DNA of 63,978 nucleotides, counting the filler, from Octopus bimaculoides (taxonomy: Eukaryota), in the NCBI RefSeq assembly GCF_001194135.2. It is 8 parts of 8 records of this genome, joined end to end, with 100 filler letters (N's around TTAATTAATTAA, not from the genome) between each part and the next. Parts side by side here need not be neighbours in the genome. Positions count along the whole stretch, not along the records: positions 32,181 to 45,826 come from NC_068998.1; positions 45,927 to 56,067 come from NC_068987.1; 6 more parts are not named here. One strand, written 5' to 3'. Shown one piece after another: positions 41,181 to 53,557 of this stretch. Each line of letters begins with the position of its first letter. Position 1 is the stretch's first letter. A model generated the notes under the pieces. That model did no database searches. It worked only from the letters and a program-made list of their open reading frames with translations, and was not told the origin of the DNA. Position numbers and translations under genes: made by a program.

Positions 41181-41929
41181 GCGTTTTCATTCCAAAATTG
41201 TTATAAAAGTTGGATGTAATTGTGTTAAAATAGTTGTCAAGTTGCCACTCACACTCACGCACCACCACTTCTCCATCTCCACTTATAAACATGTCACTTG
41301 TACTCAATCGTTCGGTACAATCTACTCAACACAACAGCTTCATCTCTTCAAATTGGTTTTACTAAACAGTTCAACATTTCTTACGTTATTTTTCTTGCTC
41401 ATTATTATTATTATCATCATCATCATTATTATTATTATCATTATTATTATCATTATTATCATTATCATTATTGCCATTTTCTTTTTTCTCGTTCTTTGTT
41501 TTTTTTTTTTCTATTAGCACTTTGTCCTTGGTTTCGTTTCTTACACTTATCACTCACTGACACGCACAAACACGCATAAACACACACACGCATAAACACA
41601 ATTACACACACGCACGCATATGCATACACAAATACACACCGCTCATTGTGCACTCATTACATTTATTGCATAACGATGTAATTACGATTATTCTTAGAAA
41701 TGACATCAGAAGTGAAGGTAGATCTATTGCTGGATCTCTTGGTAATGACAAGTTTGAATTTTTTACGAGGTGACAATCTCTTTAGGCAACCTGACATTAC
41801 TGACGAGAATGAGTACGTATATATATATATATATTTCAAGCTGACCACTTGATAAAATCATTAAATTGATTTTACCTTTAATTATATATATATATGTTTG
41901 TTTGTTTGTTTGTTTGTTTGTTTGTTTGT

Positions 41930-42180
41930 GTGTGTGTGTGTGTGCATATATATATATATATATACGTGTGTGTGTGTTTGTCCTCCCACCATCGCTTGAC
42001 AATCGATGTTGGTGTCTTTACGTCCCTGTAACTTAGTGATTCAGCAAAAGAGAGCGATCAAAGTACTAAGCTTACAAAGAATAAGTCCTGGGGTCGATTT
42101 CTTTGACTAGATTAAAAACCCTTTTAAGGCGGTGCACCAGCATGGCCGCAGTCAAATGACTGAGACAAGTAAAAGAATTT
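41930..42180 (+). mobile_element. Family-C SINE 3' half
   Basis: ccaccatcgcttgacaatcgatgttgg..aagaataagtcctggggtcgat..ggcggtgcaccagcatggccgcagtcaaatgactgagacaag. Confidence 0.9.
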
Positions 42181-42364
42181 ATAATCGAAATGAATTCGAA
42201 TCCCCGTAGTTTCGCAACTGAAGAATCTTCTGGTTACGACTTTACGCGTTTTGCACGCGCGTAGAAGTATTAATTGTAGAGTATTTAATGCCGGAACTGG
42301 AAGCAATCCAACGAAGCTATTTTCGGGAACGAAGGCGGGAAACATTTGTCACAATATATTTCTT

Positions 42365-42540
42365 CTGTATTTTACTTTTTACTTATTTCAGGCATTGGAC
42401 TGCGGCTATGCTGGGGCACTGCCTTGAAGAATTTCTCCACGGTACTTATTTACTTTTTGAACCCGGTACTTATTCAACCGGTTGCTTTTGCCGAACCGCT
42501 AAGTTACAGAGACTTAAACAGACCAAACACACACACACCA
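42365..42540 (-). mobile_element. Family-C SINE 3' half, inverted relative to 41930-42180
   Basis: gactgcggctatgctggggcactgcc...ttttgccgaaccgctaagttac. Confidence 0.85.
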
Positions 42541-42887
42541 CTGAGGACCGCGGGGTGGATACTGAGGACTTTCCGTACAAGGGATCAAAAAGTCATGTNN
42601 NNNNNNNNNNNNNNNNNNNNNNNNNNNNNNNNNNNNNNNNNNNNNNNNNNNNNNNNNNNNNNNNNNNNNNNNNNNNNNNNNNNNNNNNNNNNNNNNNNTA
42701 TATATATATATATGTATGTATGTATGTATAAATGAGTGGCTTAAAATGCCGAGAGTTTCGTTTTGACTATAGGAAACCCGACGAGTGCACATCAGAATGT
42801 AAAAGTGTATGTCTGAATGTGTGTATGTTAGTATGCATGTATGTGCGTATATATATAGTACATATATATGTGTGCGCATGTATATAG

Positions 42888-42919
<32 letters not shown>

Positions 42920-43011
42920 AAGATAGATAGATGCAGATGAATATGGTACTTGAGTTGAGGCACCAGAATTTAGTACGGTATTATCCATACAATTTCAAAA
43001 TAAGGTAATTA

Positions 43012-43332
43012 AAATCAAAATAAGCAACAAGGATATCCAGATGTAATACAGTACGATCGTTTGATGCAACGCCATTAGTAGCTTAGTAGCTTCTAACCTC
43101 TAAGCTGAAGTGGCAGCATGTTCTTTGTTATATCTTTACCTTCTTGGAATTTTAAGTAAAAGTATACTAATGTGTTCATCTGTTTTAATTTAATTAAATT
43201 CTATGCCTTTATGCAGCTGAGGATTGCTCTGCATTTAAATTGATGTAATGGTTGCATTGTTCAATTAAATGGGGTTGCTTGAAACGATCATACTGCATTA
43301 CCTCTGGATATCCTTGTTGCTTATTTTGATTT
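43012..43332. mobile_element. ~320-bp MITE with 59-bp terminal inverted repeats
   Basis: aaatcaaaataagcaacaaggatatccagatgtaatacagtacgatcgtttgatgcaac (43012-43070) versus its inverse at 43274-43332, 5 mismatches. TA dinucleotides lie at both boundaries. Confidence 0.88.
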
Positions 43333-44703
43333 ACATATAAATATATATATATATATATATAGTCTGACGAGCTGTCAACAAGGCTTTAGCTTTGTGGATA
43401 CGAAACCTTTGGTAGCTCTATGTCCAAAATTAAATTTTTTGTTGTAATATGTGTGTGTGTGTGTGTGTGTACGTGTACGTGTGTATTCTCACCACACACA
43501 CCCTCTGTAGAAATATTTAAAAAGCATTGCTTACAACTATAACGAAAATCAAGAGGTTGAACATTTCCTAATCAGTTGAAACCCTTTCTGTATACCCTTG
43601 CCAGGCAGTGTACATACACAAACATATGCATACATGTCAATAATTAATAGCTATAAAACAGCCTACGATGGTTTATATGGAGGCATAAAAATGTCACCTT
43701 TTTATAAAGTTGTGTCTATTATGCAGAGTGAAAAGAACAGCAGCATGTCCTTCTGGTTGTGTTTGGGTGTATGAATGAATGTGTGTGTGTGTGTGAGAGT
43801 GAAAGAGCGAGAGAGAGTGAGTGAGAGAGAGAGAGTGAGTGAGAGAGTGAGTGAGTGAGAGCGAGAGGCGGTATGTGTGTGTGTGTGTGAAACTGTAGAT
43901 GTATGCATTTGTATTGCATGTGTATGATATATGAATAATGTATATATATATTTTTTTATGCGTGCGTGCGTGTATACATACGTATATACACATATGCAGA
44001 TATACGTGCATGTATGTATGCTTAATGTATATATGTGTAAAATACAGTTTATGTTTAATATGTAGATACGCACGCCCGCACACACATGTATGTGTGTGTG
44101 TATGTATATATACACAAACACACACACGCACACACATTATATATATATANNNNNNNNNNNNNNNNNNNNNNNNNNNNNNNNNNNNNNNNNNNNNNNNNNN
44201 NNNNNNNNNNNNNNNNNNNNNNNNNNNNNNNNNNNNNNNNNNNNNNNNNNNNNNNNNNNNNNNNNNNNNNNNNNNNNNNNNNNNNNNNNNNNNNNNNNNN
44301 NNNNNNNNNNNNNNNNNNNNNNNNNNNNNNNNNNNNNNNNNNNNNNNNNNNNNNNNNNNNNNNNNNNNNNNNNNNNNNNNNNNNNNNNNNNNNNNNNNNN
44401 NNNNNNNNNNNNNNNNNNNNNNNNNNNNNNNNNNNNNNNNNNNNNNNNNNNNNNNNNNNNNNNNNNNNNNNNNNNNNNNNNNNNNNNNNNNNNNNNNNNN
44501 NNNNNNNNNNNNNNNNNNNNNNNNNNNNNNNNNNNNNNNNNNNNNNNNNNNNNNNNNNNNNNNNNNNNNNNNNNNNNNNNNNNNNNNNNNNNNNNNNNNN
44601 NNNNNNNNNNNNNNNNNNNNNNNNNNNNNNNNNNNNNNNNNNNNNNNNNNNNNNNNNNNNTATATATATATATATAAATATTATACTCATTTATTGTGCT
44701 TTT

Positions 44704-44737
<34 letters not shown>

Positions 44738-44744
44738 TATATAA

Positions 44745-45777
44745 ATCTCCAAAATGGAACTAGAACGCATCAGACGACAATAAAAATCCAGACAGAGGAT
44801 GCTAAGACGGACAGGAGAAACATATACTGAATGTATCCTGAAGGTGCCAGGTCGGGCGAATATGGAGTGTACAGTAAAAGTTGCCAACCAAACGCCAATA
44901 ACTTCTTGTGCAACTGTAAAGAAGAGTGCGGTCTGACATTTTCATAAGGAAAGACAATACTCTTACGAATAACAAGTGCTGGATGCTTCCTTTGAATCCT
45001 GCATTTGATTTGTGTATCTGGTCAGAGTACACGTCCGAATTGATAGTCTTGTCCGTGGAAAGACGCTTATGAAAAACAACACCCTTCTAATCCCACCAAA
45101 TTGAATGCATAAACTACTCCGGGTGAAATCCTTTATTGGAGGTTGTTTGTAGTGGTTCGCTGCGCATGCCCCGGCATCCTTTACGCTTCCCATTGTTATA
45201 AATGATCAAGTGTTCGACCTCTGTCACCATTCACTTTAAAACAGAATCGATTTATTCGCGTTTCTGGAACGAATCGCAGATGGTTATGAATTTGTCAATG
45301 TTAACCTCATTCAATTACTGACATAATCAAGTTAACGCAGATGATTTTCAACATTATTTGGAAACTTGGAGAATATCTGCGATCATCCTATTCGTAAAAC
45401 GGGGGCTGGTGTCCACTAACACCTTGATTTCGTCCCTGTTATTTTCTCACTTGGCCGATCAGATCAAGGACCGAAAAATTTCCCGATGGAAATCTTGAAA
45501 TCCATTCCTGGTACACACGTTCCTTTAAAGCATACTTCTTTGTAAACAGTGCATGTCTTGCCTTTTTTTTTAGAGAAAAAAAAGCATGGGGCGTTTTCTC
45601 AGGGTGATCCTAAACACCCGAGATACAATCTGTCTTATCGCAAGTTCGCTTCAGACTATAGTCAAGTGTCAAGTATCTAATAAGTATGCATGTGCAAGAG
45701 GCAAACTGAAGGTCGCGACTTATCAGAGTGCTTGAAGTTTAATTTTGACAAAAACTGAACAGACATTTTGGCCAACG

Positions 45778-45782
<5 letters not shown>
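44745..45782 (-). mobile_element. Decayed near-full-length mariner (DD34D-type) transposon
   Basis: A 5' TIR-like tattgcgttggccaaaatgtctgttcagttt lies at 45752-45782. Minus-strand peptides are ALKERVYQEWISRFPSGNFS and IQRKHPALVIRKSIVFPYENVRPHSSLQLHKKLLAFGWQLLLYTPYSPDLAPSGY. Confidence 0.85.
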
Positions 45783-45826
<44 letters not shown>

Positions 45827-45955
45827 NNNNNNNNNNNNNNNNNNNNNNNNNNNNNNNNNNNNNNNNNNNNTTAATTAATTAANNNNNNNNNNNNNNNNNN
45901 NNNNNNNNNNNNNNNNNNNNNNNNNNGGGGAGAAAGAGAGAGAGAGAGAGAGATG

Positions 45956-45989
<34 letters not shown>

Positions 45990-46280
45990 TGGGGAGAGAG
46001 AGAAAGAGATGGGGAGAGAGAAAGAGAGAGAGAGAAGATAGAAAGGGATAAAAAAGAGAAAGGGAGACACAGAGCAGGTTCTATCTATATCTGTGCGTGT
46101 CGATAGATAGATAGATAGCATTGTTTTGTACGTTTTGTATAATGGGGACAATATAACTAAACAGAATACTATTGTATATTATATATTTATATGAATATCT
46201 TAGTTGTTATCGTTGTTCGTAATGAGTTGTAACTGTGTCAGCTTTTGAGTCGTTGGATCGTTGGCGTTTGTACTTGTAGC

Positions 46281-46298
46281 AGCAGCACCAGCAGCAGT

Positions 46299-46372
<74 letters not shown>

Positions 46373-46410
46373 TATTATTATTATTATTATTAGTAGTAGT
46401 AGTAGTAGTT
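46281..46410. repeat. Compound (CAG)/(ATC)/(ATT)/(AGT)/(GTT) array
   Basis: Seen directly. Confidence 0.95.
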
Positions 46411-46730
46411 GTTGGTGTTGTGTAATCCCTGGTCAGCTTTCATCTATCAGATCTATGATCAAAGGCACTCCAGCTGTGACTATCCTGTCTTTTCGCCAAG
46501 CATGGTGTGGGCAAAGAATCATGTTCCTTCATTTTAAAATGGTAGACTGTAATTTGAGTATGAGGGGGTGTTTTAGCTGCTATTTCTTACAGGCACAGTG
46601 ACCTGAGATTGTCGTTGTTACTTGCATTTATGCTGATATTTAGCTTTAAGTTCTGATCGAGTAGATCTATGCCCAATGACAGTCCAACCATGAGCGTCTC
46701 GTCTCTTATTTCCGATTGCATTACTCAAAA
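46410..46730 (-). mobile_element. Two tandem family-D repeats
   Basis: ggtcagctttcatctatcagatctatgatcaaaggcactccagctgtgactatcc..tttagctgctatttct, followed by a second ctgatcgagtagatctatg..cagtccaaccatgagc. Confidence 0.65.
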
Positions 46731-47027
46731 TTTCCTCCTCTTTAAGATGGCAGTGATTTGTGGAAGATGGAGTTGATATATGCAGCAGAGTGGGCGATCT
46801 TGGTTAGACTTCTGTCTTGACTAGTGTGGTTAACAGTCAGACTGGGGAATCGGATAGGGGTAGTTAGGAATGTGTCTGATGGCAGAACAACCAGAACCCA
46901 GAACAGGTGCGACTGTACTAACACTTCCTTTTATCTATCTATTTATAATGTACATTTATCTCTGCCTCTACATCCCCCTTCCCCCTCTCTCTCCCCTTCT
47001 CACGCTCTTCTGTCTGTCTGTCTCTGT

Positions 47028-47066
<39 letters not shown>

Positions 47067-47166
47067 NNNNNNNNNNNNNNNNNNNNNNNNNNNNNNNNNN
47101 NNNNNNNNNNNNNNNNNNNNNNNNNNNNNNNNNNNNNNNNNNNNNNNNNNNNNNNNNNNNNNNNNN

Positions 47167-47712
47167 TATCCTCTTTATGGCTCAGAACACTCAACAGACG
47201 GCACATTAACCAACTAGACATCTTCCACAAAGTCTGTCTCAGGACACTCTGCGGTTATTCACTAAAAGACAGAGTTTCTAATGTATGGTTAGTGAAACCG
47301 AGAGCTTCCCTATGCAATCGAAATTGCACTGGGCTGGCCATGCCGTCAGAATGAGTAACGAAAGAATACCCAAAGTTTTCATGTACAGCCAGCTTGACAG
47401 TGAGCACAGGACTATTGATCGACCATATCTCTGATATAAGGACAAGCTGAAGAGTAACCTCTCAGCAGTCACGACCCCTTTGAGTAAACAGCCTTGGAGC
47501 GAACAAAATGGAGATCATCGTGTCAATATGGTATAAGAAACTTTATTGCAACCAGCATTAACATGCTTAGGGGTGCAAGGCAGAGGAGAAAAGCGGCTGC
47601 AAATATACCGCCTGCACTGACCCGTAATCCTCATACTTGCAACATCTGTGGGCTTCTTTGCAAATGGTTGTCGGGACTCAAATATCACATTTGCCATAAG
47701 CCTTATAACTGA
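47167..47712 (+). pseudogene. RTE-clade LINE 3' end (C-terminal part of ORF2), decayed
   Basis: RRHINQLDIFHKVCLRTLCG..KDRVSN, LHWAGHAVRMSNERIPKVFMYSQL, YKDKLKSNL, and a terminal CNICGLLCKWLSGLKYH zinc-finger-like motif. Confidence 0.88.
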
Positions 47713-47765
47713 CAAAGAAAGAGTAGGTTGTCAAATCCTCATACGTCGAAACTGTCGAAACATAT

Positions 47766-48148
47766 GTGTGTTGGCACTCCGTCGCTTACGACGTCGAGGG
47801 TTCCAGTTCATCCGATCAACGGAACAGCCTGCTCGTGAAATTAACGTGCAAGTGGCTGAGCACTCCTCAGCCACGTGTACCTTTAACGTAGTTCTCGGGG
47901 ATATTCAGCGTGACACAGTGTGACAAGGCAGACCCTTTGAATTACAGGCACAACAGAAACAGGAAGTAAGAGTGAGAGAAAGTTGTGGTGAAAGAGTACA
48001 GCAGGGTTCGCCACCATCCCCTGCCGGAGCCTTGTGGAACTTTAAGTGTTTTCGCTCAATAAACACGCACAACGCCCGGTCTGGGAATCGAAACCGCGAT
48101 CCTATGACCGCGACTCCGCTGCCCTAACCACTGGGCCATTGCGCTCCT
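47766..48148 (-). mobile_element. tRNA-derived SINE, family E, full length with 15-bp TSD
   Basis: Head ggagcgcaatggcccagtggttagggcagcgg..ggtttcgattccc. Flanks are actgtcgaaacatat (47751-47765) and actgttgaaacatat (48149-48163). Confidence 0.9.
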
Positions 48149-48446
48149 ACTGTTGAAACATATTTATTATAATAAATGAAAAAATGTATGGTAAGTAAAC
48201 AAACGACACAATGTATACTGAGTGTACAACCGGACGGGAGACGGACACAGAAGGTCTTTAATTCTTCATCAGTTATCAACCAATTGGTAATACTCAGTTT
48301 TGCACCATTAATAATAAGACTGAGAACTCCTTATATTGGCGGTGCCCACAAAAATTTGCAGAGAATATAGGGCTGAGAGCAAAACAAAACAATACAGAGT
48401 GGACACACGAAAGAGAATAAATGTTATTTAGGACGATGGACAAAAA

Positions 48447-48501
48447 AAACGAGCAAATAATGGATAAGAAACGAGCAAATAATGGATAAGAAACGAGCAA
48501 A
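48447..48501. repeat. 22-bp tandem repeat, 2.5 copies
   Basis: aaacgagcaaataatggataag twice plus aaacgagcaaa. Confidence 0.9.
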
Positions 48502-48723
48502 ATACCACCTTAGGGCCAAAAAGACAAGAACAGTGGGTAACGTTTAGGAGACATCCAAAAGGATAGAGAGTAGTGAGACAGAGAATTTGTGACTGGTCAG
48601 CTACGGGACCAGTGTGTGAAAGGGAGAGAAAGCAAAGAAAGTTGGCCACGGATCACATGATGGTTGCGGGCAGAGGAGAAAGAGGGCAAGAGAGAGAGAA
48701 AGAGAGAGAGAGAGAGCGACAGA

Positions 48724-49407
48724 GTGAAAGCCAACAATACAACGGAAAGTGCGAGGAATATTAATGCAGTATATGGGGATCGGACAATAAGCGTAAGCCA
48801 GTGTCAACAATGGTTCCAGAAATTCCGAGCCGAAACTAAAGCCTAGAAGACGAGCCTCGTATTGGAAGATCTGTAGAGCTCGACGAGGACGTCCTGCAAA
48901 CCCTGGTGGAACAAAATCCTATCGTAACTGTTGGAGAACTTGCAGAGAAGCTTGGATTTGGTCATTCAACCTATCATTCAAGTCAGCGCTAGATGAAAAA
49001 CGACCATCTTTGGTTTCAAGACGAAAAGTGTTCTTCCATGCTCGACCACATACAACGAGGATGACATTCCAAAGGCTGGAGCAGTTTGAATGGGAAATGA
49101 TGCCCCACCCACTATATTCGTCAGACATTGCCCCATCTGATTACCATTTATTCCGCAGTCTTCAAAATCATTTGGACGCAGAAAATATGAATTCTGTAGA
49201 TGAGGACAGAACAGTACTAGAGGAGTATTCTTCGTCACGGACAAATGAATCTTGGACGAGGGGCCTTACAGGTCTACCAGACAGATGGAAGAGCGTTGTA
49301 GAAAATGAAGGGGAGTATATTTTAGATTAAAAAAGAACTTTGTTTATCTTAATTTTGAAAAATAAAAGAAGTATTAAAAAGCCGCATTATTTATGGAATG
49401 ACCCAAT
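48724..49407 (+). mobile_element. Internally deleted mariner transposon with 3' TIR
   Basis: ARNINAVYG..SQCQQWFQKFR, LEDEPR.GR..LVEQNP..ELAEKLGFGHST, a junction at ~48970, then HARPH..EWEMMPHPLYSSDIAPSDYHLFRSLQNHL..LPDRWKSVVENEGEYILD*. It ends ccgcattatttatggaatgacccaat. Confidence 0.92.
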
Positions 49408-49504
49408 CATATGTTTCAAGACCCGATTTCACATCAGGAATCTTGCAACATAACTATAAATATATGTATATATACACACACACACACACACTCGCATGCG
49501 CGCG

Positions 49505-49545
<41 letters not shown>

Positions 49546-50525
49546 NNNNNNNNNNNNNNNNNNNNNNNNNNNNNNNNNNNNNNNNNNNNNNNNNNNNNNN
49601 NNNNNNNNNNNNNNNNNNNNNNNNNNNNNNNNNNNNNNNNNNNNNNNNNNNNNNNNNNNNNNNNNNNNNNNNNNNNNNNNNNNNNNNNNNNNNNNNNNNN
49701 NNNNNNNNNNNNNNNNNNNNNNNNNNNNNNNNNNNNNNNNNNNNNNNNNNNNNNNNNNNNNNNNNNNNNNNNNNNNNNNNNNNNNNNNNNNNNNNNNNNN
49801 NNNNNNNNNNNNNNNNNNNNNNNNNNNNNNNNNNNNNNNNNNNNNNNNNNNNNNNNNNNNNNNNNNNNNNNNNNNNNNNNNNNNNNNNNNNNNNNNNNNN
49901 NNNNNNNNNNNNNNNNNNNNNNNNNNNNNNNNNNNNNNNNNNNNNNNNNNNNNNNNNNNNNNNNNNNNNNNNNNNNNNNNNNNNNNNNNNNNNNNNNNNN
50001 NNNNNNNNNNNNNNNNNNNNNNNNNNNNNNNNNNNNNNNNNNNNNNNNNNNNNNNNNNNNNNNNNNNNNNNNNNNNNNNNNNNNNNNNNNNNNNNNNNNN
50101 NNNNNNNNNNNNNNNNNNNNNNNNNNNNNNNNNNNNNNNNNNNNNNNNNNNNNNNNNNNNNNNNNNNNNNNNNNNNNNNNNNNNNNNNNNNNNNNNNNNN
50201 NNNNNNNNNNNNNNNNNNNNNNNNNNNNNNNNNNNNNNNNNNNNNNNNNNNNNNNNNNNNNNNNNNNNNNNNNNNNNNNNNNNNNNNNNNNNNNNNNNNN
50301 NNNNNNNNNNNNNNNNNNNNNNNNNNNNNNNNNNNNNNNNNNNNNNNNNNNNNNNNNNNNNNNNNNNNNNNNNNNNNNNNNNNNNNNNNNNGTCCCAGTG
50401 GTAACACGCTGTCTTGAAGATAGATCTTTGGCAGTGACATCCCTTTCATATACATGAGTGTGTGTGAATGTATGCGTGCGTGCGTGCGTGCGTGTGTACA
50501 TTTACATAGCGATATGTATTTAAAA

Positions 50526-50563
<38 letters not shown>

Positions 50564-51221
50564 GCACACACGCTCATACATTTCCAATACCAGGCGGTGC
50601 CTCAGTATAACCTTAGTCGTTATGGCTAAAACATACTAAATAACTAAAAGGAACATAACCAGTGGTCTAATAATAGATGGTAATATACTTTTCAGCCTCG
50701 TGGTATAGTACGTATTGTATCTAAAGTACTTCTCCTTTTTCCATACTACTCTTTTCTCCCTCTCTTTCTTTTCCCTTCATTCTTCTTCTGTCTCCGCCTC
50801 TCTCTTTCTCTCCTTGTCGCTTTCTTTCTCTCTCGTTATACAATGGTTTACTTCAGTGATAGCAGCCATATTTTTTTTAATCTGGTCCGTCTACAAAAGT
50901 GCTCTTCATCATCGGAGTGTTATTTTCCTTCACATTCTGCCACACGCACATACACACACACACATACACACACACACACATACACGCGCGCGTGCGGGCA
51001 CATTATACACATATACATACGTGTCCGCACTCGCACGCATTCACACATTCATACACGCATACGGATTCTCCACATTTTTAGATGGGTACCAATTTTAGTT
51101 TCTTAAAAATGACCCCACAATAAGTCTTTGGTCTCTTTTTCTCCATGTGTCTCTTCTTTATTTTCTCTCCCTCCTCCTATCTCTTTCTGTCACAGCTTCT
51201 TCTTCTTCTTCTTCTTCTTCT

Positions 51222-51262
<41 letters not shown>

Positions 51263-51439
51263 TCCCTCCATCTCCCTTTCTGTCTTTCTCTTATTTCTCT
51301 TCAAGGTGGTTCGTTGCCTGTAAAAACATAAAAGTGTCTAGTTGAAACCCCTCTCTGTGTATGAATGTGTGTGTATGTGTGTGTATGTGTGTGTGTATGT
51401 GTGTGTGTTTGTGTGTGTGTCTGTGTGTGTGAGTGTGGT

Positions 51440-51475
<36 letters not shown>

Positions 51476-51896
51476 GGGAGGTTTGAGGCCTGAACTAAGA
51501 AGGAAGGACTATCTTTAACTTTCCTGTTTAATTTACCATTAACGCTTAATGCAAAATGTATAAACAAAGTAATTTTATACAGAGCTAAGTCAACATCCCA
51601 AGTGAGTATCATAAAAATGGAGAAAGAATATACCGCTCTGTATGAAGGCAGCTTCAGAGCCTGTTTCGTATACAAGTCCACATATAGAAATGAAGAGAAA
51701 AGGGACTGCAAAGCTTTATCGGGACTTGTATAGAAACTGAAAGACATATACATGAAGCACTTTGATATCGAACGATAATCGTACATGCTATACCATGCAT
51801 TTAATGCCATCTCAGTACTGCTGAGAAATACCACATTTTAACGAACCAACGAATGTTATCTCTATGAGCTAAAGTGGGAGCCTTCATACGATCGGC

Positions 51897-52070
51897 CGAC
51901 CTACTAGATGTAATAGCCAAATCTCCTTTGACACCCTAATGTCTTAACAAACGAATATAATCGATGTTTTCTAACATTTGCGAAAGGACAGATGCCTCAT
52001 GGCTAAGGCACCTTTACTCATAGGTCTCTTGTATGCGAGCTTGCATAGGACTATAAGAAAAAAGAACAAC
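51897..52070 (+). mobile_element. Family-D repeat, degraded
   Basis: gacctactagatgtaatagccaaatctcc...cctttactcataggtct. Confidence 0.45.
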
Positions 52071-52477
52071 CACGTTTTAACACGGTATTTCGATACACTA
52101 AATATAAACATTTGAGAAGAAATGAGAATTAGATATAATTACTGACAGCATGAAGATTACTTGGGAATTATGACAGCAAAATAACACCCAGCTGATTTAG
52201 AGCAAATAAAAAGAAAAATATCTCAGAGCTGTCTGTTGATAAGCAGGAAGTAAAATGCAGGCCTTCTCTAATGAGACTAAACGTCAAAAACAAATGAGTT
52301 ACAAATAAAACATAACGATATCCGTTTTAATATGCTACCTGAAGACCGTCAACCAGCGCGAAGTTACAAGTAACGTATACAATAGAACAAAAGGCAAACT
52401 AAATATATATTACTCTACAATACGTATTGAATACTCTTTACTTTGTTACGCAAAACTGAAAATAGAACACATGCATA

Positions 52478-52690
52478 TACTCTTTTACTCTTTTACTTGT
52501 CTCAGTCATTTGACTGCGGCCATGCTGGAGCACCGCCTTTAGTCGAGCAAATCGACCCCAGGACTTATTCTTTGTAAGCCTAGTACTTATTCTATCGGTC
52601 GCTTTTTGCCGAACCGCTAGGTTACGGGGACGTAAACGCACCACCATCGGTTATCAAGCGATGGGGTGGGGGACAAACACAGACACACAA

Positions 52691-52729
<39 letters not shown>

Positions 52730-52916
52730 CATACATATATATATACACATACATATATACGACGGGCTTCTTTCAATTTCCGTCTACCAAATCCACTCAC
52801 AAAGCTTTGGTCGGCCCGAGGCTATAGTGGAAGACACTTGCCCAAGGTGCCACGCAGTGGGACTGAACCCGGAACCATGTGGTTGGTAAGCAAGCTACTT
52901 ACCACGCAGCCACTCC
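52478..52916 (-). mobile_element. Family-C SINE, full length and well preserved, with ~85-bp internal CA/TA tract
   Basis: tRNA-like head (ggagtggctgcgtggtaag..gggttcagtccc), then ccttgggcaagtgtcttc, the microsatellite, the 3' module, and an (AAAAGAGT)n-like tail. Confidence 0.95.
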
Positions 52917-53061
52917 AACCCCTATGTTCACCAATAACAAATATCTTTTCTTTTAGATATGTTACATTAAAGACATATCTGTATTTGAATTTAATCCTTT
53001 TAATAGATAATTTTTCATATTTCACTATTAGATCTTCAAAAGCTCAACAATCTCACCACTA

Positions 53062-53195
53062 GGAATGTGGCCAAGTGATTAGGACTTTCAGCTTACGATC
53101 GTGTGTTAGATTCCTGGTCCGGAAAGCGCGTTGTTCTTAAGCAAGGCAAATCATTTCACGTTGCTCCAGTCCATTCTGCTGAAGATTAGTACCAG
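53062..53195 (+). mobile_element. Family-B SINE 5' part, degraded
   Basis: tgtggccaagtgattag..ttagattcctggtccgg..catttcacgttgctccagtcca. Confidence 0.75.
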
Positions 53196-53557
53196 CTTAA
53201 TATTGATGGAGTTTATTTTTCTCACTCCTGCTTTCTTTGATGTTCCATTAGGTGAATAATGAGATTGACGAGGTGTCTATGTCTACTCACAAATACATAG
53301 ACACCTAAAACAATTATTGAGAGTGTGGTACAAGCTATCAGGTCAAACTCGCTTGAGAATGACGGCAAAGCTACAGATTAGATCCTTATGTACAGTGTGA
53401 AACAGTAACTTGCTTATACCTATTAACGCTTCTACAGCTTTCCGAAATAAAGATACATTTCATTTAAATGGCTTCGAGGATACTATAAGCACCCAGCTTT
53501 GAGTGGGTTGCTTTTTATAGCAGAAACTTTTTCTCTGTAAGCATGAGATCATAGAGA

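Noticed and set aside
48333-48362. tattggcggtgcccacaaaaatttgcag as the 5' TIR of the 48.7-49.4 kb mariner
   Set aside because: It is only loosely similar to the inverse of the 3' TIR, and the intervening sequence is not mariner-like.
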